Of a DNA stretch of 38,134 nt, positions 31,212 through 38,134 are shown piece after piece; position 1 is the first letter of the stretch; each line of letters opens with the position of its first letter. The notes beneath the pieces were generated by a model. It searched no databases. It was not told where the DNA came from and saw only the letters and a program-made list of their open reading frames with translations. The stretch comes from a virus: the IMG/VR virus record IMGVR_UViG_3300047673_000075, positions 1 through 38,134 of that record. One strand, given 5' to 3'. The position numbers were made by a program, and so were the translations under genes.

Positions 31212-31259
31212 CGTTTTCCAGTTCCGCAAATCCAATAACATCTGGTACAAATTCTCGGG

Positions 31260-33467
31260 ATGACCATGAGCGCAGAAGTCGAACGTTACCTCGGGTACAT
31301 CTCCGCCTACGACAAAGCGTTTGCGAAGTGGGTCGATCGCACGCAAAAGATCGTAAAGCGCTATCGCGACGACGCCAAGGATTACACCTATGGCAACGAG
31401 GCTGCGCGTTTCAATGTCCTGTGGTCGAACGTTCAAACTCTGGTTCCTGCCACATTCAGCCGCCTTCCGCAGCCCGACGTGTCGCGACGGTTCCGTGACT
31501 CTGACCCTGTCGGTCGTGTGGCTTCGCTCATATTGGAGCGTGCACTTGAATTCGAAGTGAGGCATTACCCGGATTTCCGGGAGGCCATGAAGAATTCCGT
31601 GCTCGATCGATTCCTCGGCGGTCGTGGCGTGGCTTGGGTGCGTTACGAGCCGAAGACCAGCGTTCAGGAGCCGATCAGCCCGGACTACGAAGACAGCGAA
31701 GCCATCGTCGAAGGCGCGGGCGCCGCGCAGGTCAGCGACGATCAGCCGATGGAACAGATCGACGACGAGACGGCTCCGATCGATTACGTCCACTGGCGCG
31801 ACTTCGGCCATGTGCCGGCGCGCACGTGGGAAGAAGTGCCGTGCGTGTGGCGCCGTGTTTATCTCGACTATGCCGTCCTTTGCGAGCGCTTCGGCGAAGA
31901 GAAGGCCAAGCTGATTCCGCTCGACGCATCGCCCTACGCGAAGTCGGAAGAGGCGGCTGGAGCAGGGCGCACCGCGACCGGCCAACAGCAGCGCGACAAG
32001 CAAGCATGCATCTACGAGATCTGGGACAAGACGACGCAAAAGGCCGTGTGGCTGAACAAGTCGCTCGGCATGATCGTCGATGAGAAGGATGACCCGCTCG
32101 ACCTCGATGGCTTCTGGCCCTGCCCGAAGCCCCTCTACGGCACGATCACGAGCGATTCTCTCGTCCCGGTTCCGGACTTCATCCAGTATCAGGATCAGGC
32201 AAACGAGCTCGACACGATCAGCGACCGCATCGACGGGCTGATCAAGGCGCTGAAGGTGCGCGGCGTCTACAACGCGGAATTCAAGGAACTGCAGCGGCTC
32301 TTTACCGAGACGGGCAACAACGATCTCATCCCGGTGAAGAGTTTCGCTGCGCTGGCGGAGAAGGGCGGCTTGAAGGGCGCAATCGATCTGGTCGACCTTT
32401 CGCCGATTGCTCAGGCTTTGGACATTGCCTTTCAGGCTCGCGAGAACGTCGTCAACCAGATCTATGCAATCACCGGCATCAGCGACATCATGCGCGGCGA
32501 GAGCGACGCTGCCGAGACTGCGGCGGCTCAGGGGATCAAGGCGCGTTTCGGGTCCGTCCGCCTTCGCAATACGCAAGATGACGTGGCGATCTACGCGACC
32601 GAACTTCTGCGTCTGAAAGCAGAGGTCATCTGCGGGAAGTTCACGGATCAGACGATCATCCAGATGTCGTCTGCCGCGCAGCTTCTGCCGACCGATCAGG
32701 CGCTCGTTCCGCAAGCGCTGGCGATGCTCCGCAACAACGTCTCGCGCAGCTTCCGCATCGAGGTCGACGCCGATTCACTCGTGCAGATCGACGAGGACGC
32801 GCAGAAGAAGGATCGTGTCGAGTTCCTCACGGCAATCTCTGGCTTCCTTCAGCAAGCCGTTCCCGCGGCTCAGCAGACGCCTGAAATGGCCCCCGTACTG
32901 CTGGAGATGATGAAGTTCGGCGTCTCGGCGTTCAAGGCCGGCAAGACGCTGGAGGGCATGCTCGATACGACGCTCGAAGGGCTTCAGAAGCAGATTCAGG
33001 CGCAGGCCGGTCAGCCGAAGCCGCCTCCCGTCGAAATTCAGAAGGTGCAGGCCGAATCGCAAGCGCGCATGCAGGAGAAGCAGGGGCAGGCGCAGATCGA
33101 CATGCAGATGAAACATATCGACGCTCAATTGAAGCGTGAAGAGAACCAGCAGGATGCGCAAATTGAGATCCTGAAGGCTCATCTGAAGCAGCAATCCGAC
33201 GAGTTCGCGCAGCGCGCGCAGGCCCAGCAAGCGGCGCAGGAAACGGCCATGGAGATTCATCGGGACGAACTCGATCGACGGGCACAGCAGCAGACCGAGA
33301 CCTTCAAAGCGATGCTCGAGCAGGAGCGTGCCGAGCGCGACCGCCAATTCCAGATGCTGATCGCGGCCATGAACAATCAGGTCAAGCTCGAAGTCGCTGA
33401 GATCGGCGCGCAGACGACGCTCGACGCGGCACAGATCAGCGCGGCCAAGCAAGGGAGTGCCGAGTAA
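31260..33467 (+). CDS. Portal protein (735 aa) with Q/E-rich coiled-coil C-terminus
   Basis: Assigned from its size and its position after the terminase. The C-terminal part is helical and Q/E/A-rich. Confidence 0.8.
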   Translation: MTMSAEVERYLGYISAYDKAFAKWVDRTQKIVKRYRDDAKDYTYGNEAARFNVLWSNVQTLVPATFSRLPQPDVSRRFRDSDPVGRVASLILERALEFEVRHYPDFREAMKNSVLDRFLGGRGVAWVRYEPKTSVQEPISPDYEDSEAIVEGAGAAQVSDDQPMEQIDDETAPIDYVHWRDFGHVPARTWEEVPCVWRRVYLDYAVLCERFGEEKAKLIPLDASPYAKSEEAAGAGRTATGQQQRDKQACIYEIWDKTTQKAVWLNKSLGMIVDEKDDPLDLDGFWPCPKPLYGTITSDSLVPVPDFIQYQDQANELDTISDRIDGLIKALKVRGVYNAEFKELQRLFTETGNNDLIPVKSFAALAEKGGLKGAIDLVDLSPIAQALDIAFQARENVVNQIYAITGISDIMRGESDAAETAAAQGIKARFGSVRLRNTQDDVAIYATELLRLKAEVICGKFTDQTIIQMSSAAQLLPTDQALVPQALAMLRNNVSRSFRIEVDADSLVQIDEDAQKKDRVEFLTAISGFLQQAVPAAQQTPEMAPVLLEMMKFGVSAFKAGKTLEGMLDTTLEGLQKQIQAQAGQPKPPPVEIQKVQAESQARMQEKQGQAQIDMQMKHIDAQLKREENQQDAQIEILKAHLKQQSDEFAQRAQAQQAAQETAMEIHRDELDRRAQQQTETFKAMLEQERAERDRQFQMLIAAMNNQVKLEVAEIGAQTTLDAAQISAAKQGSAE

Positions 33468-33817
33468 TGCCGATCTACGGAACATGCTGCCAGTCGTGCG
33501 GCGAGGAAGATTCGATTTACCGGCTGGTTGCCGAGCGCGATCTGAATATCCCTGAATGCCTGCATTGCGGCGGCGAAATGAAGCGCGTCATCAGCGCGCC
33601 CTATGTGGCCGCCGACATGACTCCCTACCAATCGATGATCGATGGCTCCTGGATCACCTCACGTTCGCGCCACAACGAGCACCTGAAGGCGCACGGCTGC
33701 ATCGAGATCGGCAACGAAATGCATCACCTGAAGGCGAAGCAAAAGCCGGAGCTGAGCAAGGAGTCTCGCGCGGCCCGGAAGCAAGCCATCGTCGAACAAG
33801 TCAACGCTCTCAAGTAA
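33467..33817 (+). CDS. FmdB-type zinc-ribbon protein (116 aa)
   Basis: MPIYGTCCQSCGEEDSIYRLVAERDLNIPECLHCGGEMKRVISAP matches the CxxC...CxxC zinc-ribbon regulator pattern. Confidence 0.7.
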   Translation: MPIYGTCCQSCGEEDSIYRLVAERDLNIPECLHCGGEMKRVISAPYVAADMTPYQSMIDGSWITSRSRHNEHLKAHGCIEIGNEMHHLKAKQKPELSKESRAARKQAIVEQVNALK

Positions 33818-33842
33818 GCCGCGACATCCACCCGCAGAAACG

Positions 33843-33866
33843 AGCCCCGCGAGGGGCTTTTTTATT
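33843..33866 (+). terminator. Intrinsic terminator
   Basis: AGCCCC-gcga-GGGGCT followed by TTTTTATT. Confidence 0.8.
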
Positions 33867-33877
33867 GAGAAAACGCC

Positions 33878-34951
33878 ATGTCGACACGTAGAGAAGGACT
33901 CGAAGAAGCGCTCGATGCACTGGAGGCGAACACGCTTGAAACCGTGCATGAGGTCGTCGTAGATGCGCCGAGCGGCGAGAACGTCAGCACAGAGCCGGTC
34001 GAGAGCGAAAGCCGCGCTAGAGATGAAGCCGGCCGCTTCTCGAGAAAGGAAGCGATCGAGGCGAACGCAGATGCTCATAAGCTGACGACGGACGTTCAGA
34101 AGCCCGTTGACGAGGCTCAGACGGCTTCGACTGTAGAAGTTCAGCGCCCGGAGCCGCCGAAGTCATGGAAGGCCGAGAAGCGCGCCGTATGGGACAAGCT
34201 GGATCCGGATACAGCCGCATATCTGCATCAGCGCGAGGAAGAGCAAGCGCGCGGCTTCGAGGAATATCGTTCTACGCGTGATCCGATCTTCAAGGAAGTT
34301 GAGCCCTACGTTGCCGAAATACGCAGCGCTGGCGGTTCTCCTGAGGCCGTCGTTCGCGATGTGATGTACACGTTCAAGCTGCTGCGCTCGGGCGACGAAG
34401 CCACGCGCATTCAGACGATCGTGAACGTCGCGCATTCGGTCGGTATTCCCCTTCAGCAGATGCTCCAGCAGAGCGCGGCGCTGCCGCAGCACATGCAGCA
34501 GCATCTCGATCCGCAAGTGATGGCCGCGAACCAGCGCGCCCGCAATGCGGAGCTTCAAGCGAACCAGCTTCAATCGCAACAGCAGGCCGAGCAAAATGCC
34601 GCTGCTGTTGCTCAGGTGGAAGCGTTCAAACAGACGCATCCCCACGTTGACGAACTCAGGACGGAAATGCAACGCCTCCTACAAACGGGCATGGCATCCG
34701 ATCTCGAAAGCGCCTATTCGAAGGCGCTCCGCCTCAATGACAAGCTGTTCGAACAGACGCAAGCGACACAACGCGAAGCGTCCGAAAAGCAGCGCCGAAT
34801 TGAGGCGGATAAGGCGGCGAAAGCTGCCAAAGCGAACGCAGTAAGCACGCGATCGGCCACACCCGGCACAGCGGCGAACGGCGTGGCACCGAAAGGGCGG
34901 CGAGCAGCGCTGGAAGACGCATTCGACAACATCTCTGCAAACCGTATTTGA
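33878..34951 (+). CDS. Scaffolding protein (357 aa)
   Basis: Acidic, helical and Q/A/E-rich. It lies immediately upstream of the major capsid gene. Confidence 0.6.
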   Translation: MSTRREGLEEALDALEANTLETVHEVVVDAPSGENVSTEPVESESRARDEAGRFSRKEAIEANADAHKLTTDVQKPVDEAQTASTVEVQRPEPPKSWKAEKRAVWDKLDPDTAAYLHQREEEQARGFEEYRSTRDPIFKEVEPYVAEIRSAGGSPEAVVRDVMYTFKLLRSGDEATRIQTIVNVAHSVGIPLQQMLQQSAALPQHMQQHLDPQVMAANQRARNAELQANQLQSQQQAEQNAAAVAQVEAFKQTHPHVDELRTEMQRLLQTGMASDLESAYSKALRLNDKLFEQTQATQREASEKQRRIEADKAAKAAKANAVSTRSATPGTAANGVAPKGRRAALEDAFDNISANRI

Positions 34952-34972
34952 TTTTTCTGATAGGAGCTAGAC

Positions 34973-35977
34973 ATGCCTTTTGCAAATAGCGCCATCAGCG
35001 ACATCATCGCTACCACCATTCAAAGCCGTAGCGGCGAACTCGCTGACAACGTAACGAACAACAACGCGCTTCTGATGATGCTGCGCGAGCGTGGGAACGT
35101 CCGGCCGTTCGGCGGCGGCAACGTGATTTTGGAAGAAATCATGTACACCGACTCGACGACGACGAACGTCAACTCGTACTCGGGCTATGAAGTGCTGAAC
35201 ATAAGCCCGAACAGCCCGATCTCGGCGGCTCAGTTCTCGATCCAGCAGTACGCGGCGGCCGTGACCATCTCGGGTCTGGAAATGCTCCAGAACTCGTCGA
35301 AGGAAGCGATCATCGATCTGCTCGACTCGCGCATCGACATCGCCGAATCGCAGCTGATCAACCGCATCGCGGCCGACATCTATCTGGACGGCACCGGCAA
35401 CAGCGGCAAGAACATCACCGGTCTTGCTGCGGCTGTTCCGGACTCGCCGACCTCGGGCACGTATGGCGGCATCTCGCGCTCGGCATTTCCGTTCTGGCAA
35501 TCGCAGGTGTTCTCCGGCGTCACGAACGGCGGCGCACCGGTGTCGGCAGCGAACATCCAGAACTACATGACGCAGCTCGCGCTGAAGGCAGTGCGCGGCC
35601 GCGATCGTATGGATCTGTTCGTCGCGGACAACAACTACTACTCGATGTACGTCGCATCGATGCAGGCCCAGCAGCGCGTGACGTCGGAAGGCAACACGAA
35701 GCTTGCCGGTGCCGGATTCCCGGCGCTGAAGTTCTACGGCGGCGGCATGGCTGCGGATGTGGTGCTCGACGGCGGTATCGGCAACAACGCGACCGCCAAT
35801 CACATGTGGGGGCTGAATACGAAGTACATCAGCTTCCGCCCGCACCGTGACCGCAACTTCGTGCCGATCGGCGGCGATCGTCAGGCAGTCAACCAGGACG
35901 CTGTCGTGAAGCTCATCGGCTGGGCGGGCAACCTCACGTCGCGTGGTCCGCAGTTCAACGGCGTCCTCATCGCCTAA
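34973..35977 (+). CDS. Major capsid protein (334 aa)
   Basis: Assigned from its position after the scaffold gene, its size, and the most extreme G/C-ending codon usage in the window. Confidence 0.8.
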   Translation: MPFANSAISDIIATTIQSRSGELADNVTNNNALLMMLRERGNVRPFGGGNVILEEIMYTDSTTTNVNSYSGYEVLNISPNSPISAAQFSIQQYAAAVTISGLEMLQNSSKEAIIDLLDSRIDIAESQLINRIAADIYLDGTGNSGKNITGLAAAVPDSPTSGTYGGISRSAFPFWQSQVFSGVTNGGAPVSAANIQNYMTQLALKAVRGRDRMDLFVADNNYYSMYVASMQAQQRVTSEGNTKLAGAGFPALKFYGGGMAADVVLDGGIGNNATANHMWGLNTKYISFRPHRDRNFVPIGGDRQAVNQDAVVKLIGWAGNLTSRGPQFNGVLIA

Positions 35978-35987
35978 AGGAGCAATC

Positions 35988-36281
35988 ATGCCTTTCTCGG
36001 TAACTCCGCAGATCGGTTTCGATCTGAATAACACCGTCCTCGGTACCGACATCACGGCGGGCATCCGGACGGTTCCCGCCAACCTCGGCGAACAGGTCTT
36101 CGGCAGCGACGGCAAGCGCTACGTCCTCGCCAAAGCCAACGCGTCGATCTCCGCAAGCACGGCCGTCTGCACGGTCAGCCCGACCACGTTCCTCGCGACG
36201 GCCTCGGGCGGCTCCTACACCTCGCCGGCAACGGCGATGTCGTCGGGCGACTACGGCTGGTTTGCTGCTGCATCGGTGTAA
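35988..36281 (+). CDS. Head decoration / cement-like protein (97 aa)
   Basis: It lies immediately after the capsid gene. It is small and beta-rich, ending in GDYGWFAAASV. Confidence 0.5.
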   Translation: MPFSVTPQIGFDLNNTVLGTDITAGIRTVPANLGEQVFGSDGKRYVLAKANASISASTAVCTVSPTTFLATASGGSYTSPATAMSSGDYGWFAAASV

Positions 36282-36307
36282 CAGGGTTCTCCTGCGGGTG
36301 TCTCTTT

Positions 36308-36332
36308 CCGGGGCTTCGGCCCCGGTTTTTTT
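36308..36332 (+). terminator. Intrinsic terminator
   Basis: CCGGGGC-ttcg-GCCCCGG followed by TTTTTTT. Confidence 0.8.
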
Positions 36333-36344
36333 GGAGGTTTTGAG

Positions 36345-36596
36345 ATGGAACTGATCAAGGACATGGAAGCGTTCATTCACCTCGTTGCGCAGGCCTTTGC
36401 CCGTGCGCGCGGTGACGAACAACCGCACATCTTTGCCGACGTCGTTGTCGGTCACGCTCGCGACATCGCGAAGCAAGACGACGAGACGGGCGAGATCACC
36501 GAAGCGGTCCAGAAGGACGATGAAGCGCTGAAGGCTGCCGCACCCGTCGAACAGCCGGCCGCAGAGTCGGAAGAGCATCACGACGACCAACAATAA
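36345..36596 (+). CDS. Hypothetical acidic protein (83 aa)
   Basis: GGAGG RBS directly after the terminator. Confidence 0.5.
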   Translation: MELIKDMEAFIHLVAQAFARARGDEQPHIFADVVVGHARDIAKQDDETGEITEAVQKDDEALKAAAPVEQPAAESEEHHDDQQ

Positions 36597-36620
36597 ATCC
36601 CGCAAACCAAAGGAGAAACC

Positions 36621-37220
36621 ATGTACTCACTCGAAAGCGACGAGAAGAATCCGAAAGCCGGCCTCTGGATCGAGTTCTACCCCGGCAAGCGTTACAACGA
36701 GTTCCGCTCGAAGGAGAGCGGCAAACCCGAGTTCGATCTCATCACGTTCATCAAGAAGTGCAATCCGGGCGACCCGACGAACATCATCGAGCGTCCCGCG
36801 AATGACGGCGACAAGGACGAATGGCCGCAGCAATGGGCTGCCTTCGAGCGCCGCACGTCATACCGTCCCGAAAGCGGAACGCCGCTCGAAGACTGGCCGC
36901 GCCTCGATGTCGCGACGGTCGCGAAACTGAAGGCACTCGAATTCCATACGGTCGAGCAGCTGGCGGAGAGTTCGGACCAACAGTGTCAGCGGATCGGTAT
37001 GGGCTGCTTCGAACTGCGCACGAAAGCAGCGGCATATGTCAAAGCCGCCAAGGATTCATCGCTGGTGCAGAAGCAGGCTGAAGACCTCGCGCTGAGAGAT
37101 CAGGAGATCGCAGATTTGAAAGATGCCGTCCTGCGTCTCGGATCTCAACTTGAAGCCATGCAATCGATGCAAGGCGGCGAAGTGAAACGCGGCCCCGGCC
37201 GCCCCCCCAAAGAGGCGTAA
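36621..37220 (+). CDS. Hypothetical virion-module protein (199 aa) with coiled-coil region and AT-hook-like C-terminus
   Basis: AGGAGA RBS. C-terminus GGEVKRGPGRPPKEA. Confidence 0.55.
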   Translation: MYSLESDEKNPKAGLWIEFYPGKRYNEFRSKESGKPEFDLITFIKKCNPGDPTNIIERPANDGDKDEWPQQWAAFERRTSYRPESGTPLEDWPRLDVATVAKLKALEFHTVEQLAESSDQQCQRIGMGCFELRTKAAAYVKAAKDSSLVQKQAEDLALRDQEIADLKDAVLRLGSQLEAMQSMQGGEVKRGPGRPPKEA

Positions 37221-37223
37221 TCC

Positions 37224-38134
37224 ATGACAACGATGTTGCAGTTGGTACAGCAGGCGACCGGCGAGCTTGGGCTTTCCGTCCCTGCCTCGGTGGCTGGAAG
37301 TACGGCGCAGGACACGATGCAGCAGCTCGCGCTTCTGAACGCCGTAGGGTACGAACTGCTTCGAGCGCCTGCCGATCATCCCGAATTCAATTGGCAGGCG
37401 CTCACATCGGAATATCGCTTCACAACGCAATTCGTCATCCAGACCGGCAACGTCACGGTCGGTTCAGCGGTGATCACCGGCATTCCGAGCACGACAGGAA
37501 TCGTCGCCGGCACGTATATGGTGACGGGAACGGGCATCAATCAGGATACTTACGTCGTCTCGGTCGACTCGTCGACGCAGGTAACGATGTCGCAAGCCGC
37601 GGCATCGAGCGCCACCGGTACGACGCTCAGTTTCGTGCAGACGAAATATTCAATGCCGGCCGGTTTCCAGCGCCTGATCGATCGGACGCAATGGGACAAG
37701 TCGAAGCATTGGGAAATGCTCGGACCTGAGTCGCCGCAGCAGTGGCAATGGCTGAAGTCCGGCTACATCGCGACGGGCCCGCGCATCCGCTGGCGCGTGC
37801 TCGGCAACTACTTCCAGATCTGGCCCGGTGTCACGACGGCCGAATATCTCGGCTTCGAGTACGTCTCGAAATATTGGGTGACGGATGCGGGCGGCACGGC
37901 GAAGGGCAGTTTCACAGCCGACACCGACACGTGCCTTTTCGACGATCGTGTGATGGTCGCGGGTCTGAAGCTCAAGTATTTCGCGACGAAGGGATTCGAG
38001 ACGCAGCTTCTGCAGGACGAGTACGACTCGATCCTTTCGGCCGTGATGGGCGCAGAGCAAGGCGCGCCGATGCTATCGATGGCGCCGCGACTTTCAAATA
38101 TCCTGCTCGGGCCTGAGAATATTCCCGACAGCAA
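37224..38134 (+). CDS. Junction-spanning virion/tail protein (tail tubular A / adaptor-like, putative). 309 aa once circularised (stop at 144..146). Not in the ORF track.
   Basis: ATG 37224 lies 3 nt after the upstream stop. I read the frame codon by codon to 38134 with no stop and high GC3, and it continues into 1..146. Confidence 0.75.
   Translation, partial: MTTMLQLVQQATGELGLSVPASVAGSTAQDTMQQLALLNAVGYELLRAPADHPEFNWQALTSEYRFTTQFVIQTGNVTVGSAVITGIPSTTGIVAGTYMVTGTGINQDTYVVSVDSSTQVTMSQAAASSATGTTLSFVQTKYSMPAGFQRLIDRTQWDKSKHWEMLGPESPQQWQWLKSGYIATGPRIRWRVLGNYFQIWPGVTTAEYLGFEYVSKYWVTDAGGTAKGSFTADTDTCLFDDRVMVAGLKLKYFATKGFETQLLQDEYDSILSAVMGAEQGAPMLSMAPRLSNILLGPENIPDS
38008..38134. repeat. Terminal direct repeat copy 2 (identical to 1..127)
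   Basis: Same comparison. The repeat ends exactly at the window end. Confidence 0.97.

Larger units (their letters stand above)
1..38134. mobile_element. Complete temperate phage genome, circularly closed (38,007 bp unique plus 127-bp duplicated end), with lambda-like regulation and podovirus-like virion genes
   Basis: Integrase/excisionase, divergent repressor/Cro, RecT/exonuclease, replication, Q-like, terminase, portal, scaffold, capsid, internal virion proteins, tail fibre and lysis genes are all present. The terminal 127 bp are identical. Confidence 0.85.

Noticed and set aside
38008-38134. 127-bp end repeat as a physical direct terminal repeat, LTR or IS end
   Set aside because: It lies inside an uninterrupted coding frame and ends exactly at the window boundaries. 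Its length equals a common assembler k-mer. No transposase or inverted ends are present.
1-38134. CRISPR arrays, rRNA/tRNA genes, transposases, toxin-antitoxin pairs with a recognisable toxin, DNA methyltransferases
   Set aside because: I found no regularly spaced repeats, cloverleaf candidates or diagnostic protein motifs on either strand. Their absence is by eye only and should be confirmed with tRNAscan-type and HMM tools.

Overview
The window is a complete, circularly closed temperate phage genome. Bases 1..127 are identical to 38008..38134, so the unique length is 38,007 bp. One virion gene reads in frame across that junction and is missing from the supplied ORF track. The DNA is GC-rich with strong G/C third-position bias, so most long antisense ORFs in the track are shadow ORFs. 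A Burkholderia-like betaproteobacterial host is my inference only.

The layout combines lambda-like regulation with podovirus-like morphogenesis; no tape measure, tube or sheath genes are present.
- Late operon (+ strand, about 27106 around the junction to 11171): Q-like antiterminator, late promoter plus terminator (a lambda 6S-RNA-like unit), two small ORFs, TerS, TerL, a small ORF and a low-GC3 glycoside-hydrolase moron. Then portal, Zn-ribbon protein, scaffold, major capsid, decoration protein, two ORFs, the junction-spanning tail gene and a 599-aa tail protein. Then a GNAT acetyltransferase, four internal virion (ejection) genes including an SLT transglycosylase and an embedded haem-oxygenase-like di-iron-type ORF, tail fibre, a 44-aa ORF and a lysis cassette.
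- Minus strand: an outer-membrane beta-barrel moron, an attP-like AT-rich gap, lambda-type int and xis, and a long translationally coupled early-left operon (HNH-AP2 endonuclease, RecT, PD-(D/E)XK exonuclease, many small ORFs) headed by a short GntR-like gene.
- Immunity region: repressor, 63-aa ORF and lipoprotein operon, divergent from a Cro-like gene. This is followed by two RHH-like ORFs, replication genes (DUF1376 and lambda-P-like), a RuvC-like resolvase and Q.

The most unusual points are:
- enzyme-like ORFs (di-iron oxidase-like, GNAT) coupled into the ejection-protein operon;
- a GH clan-A hydrolase moron between terminase and portal;
- a roughly 184-nt structured leader, with a possible leaderless mini-ORF, in front of the early-left operon;
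- homologous PL/PR promoter-operator blocks;
- a repressor without an obvious autocleavage domain.

All family assignments come from motif recognition by eye and need HMM or structure searches.
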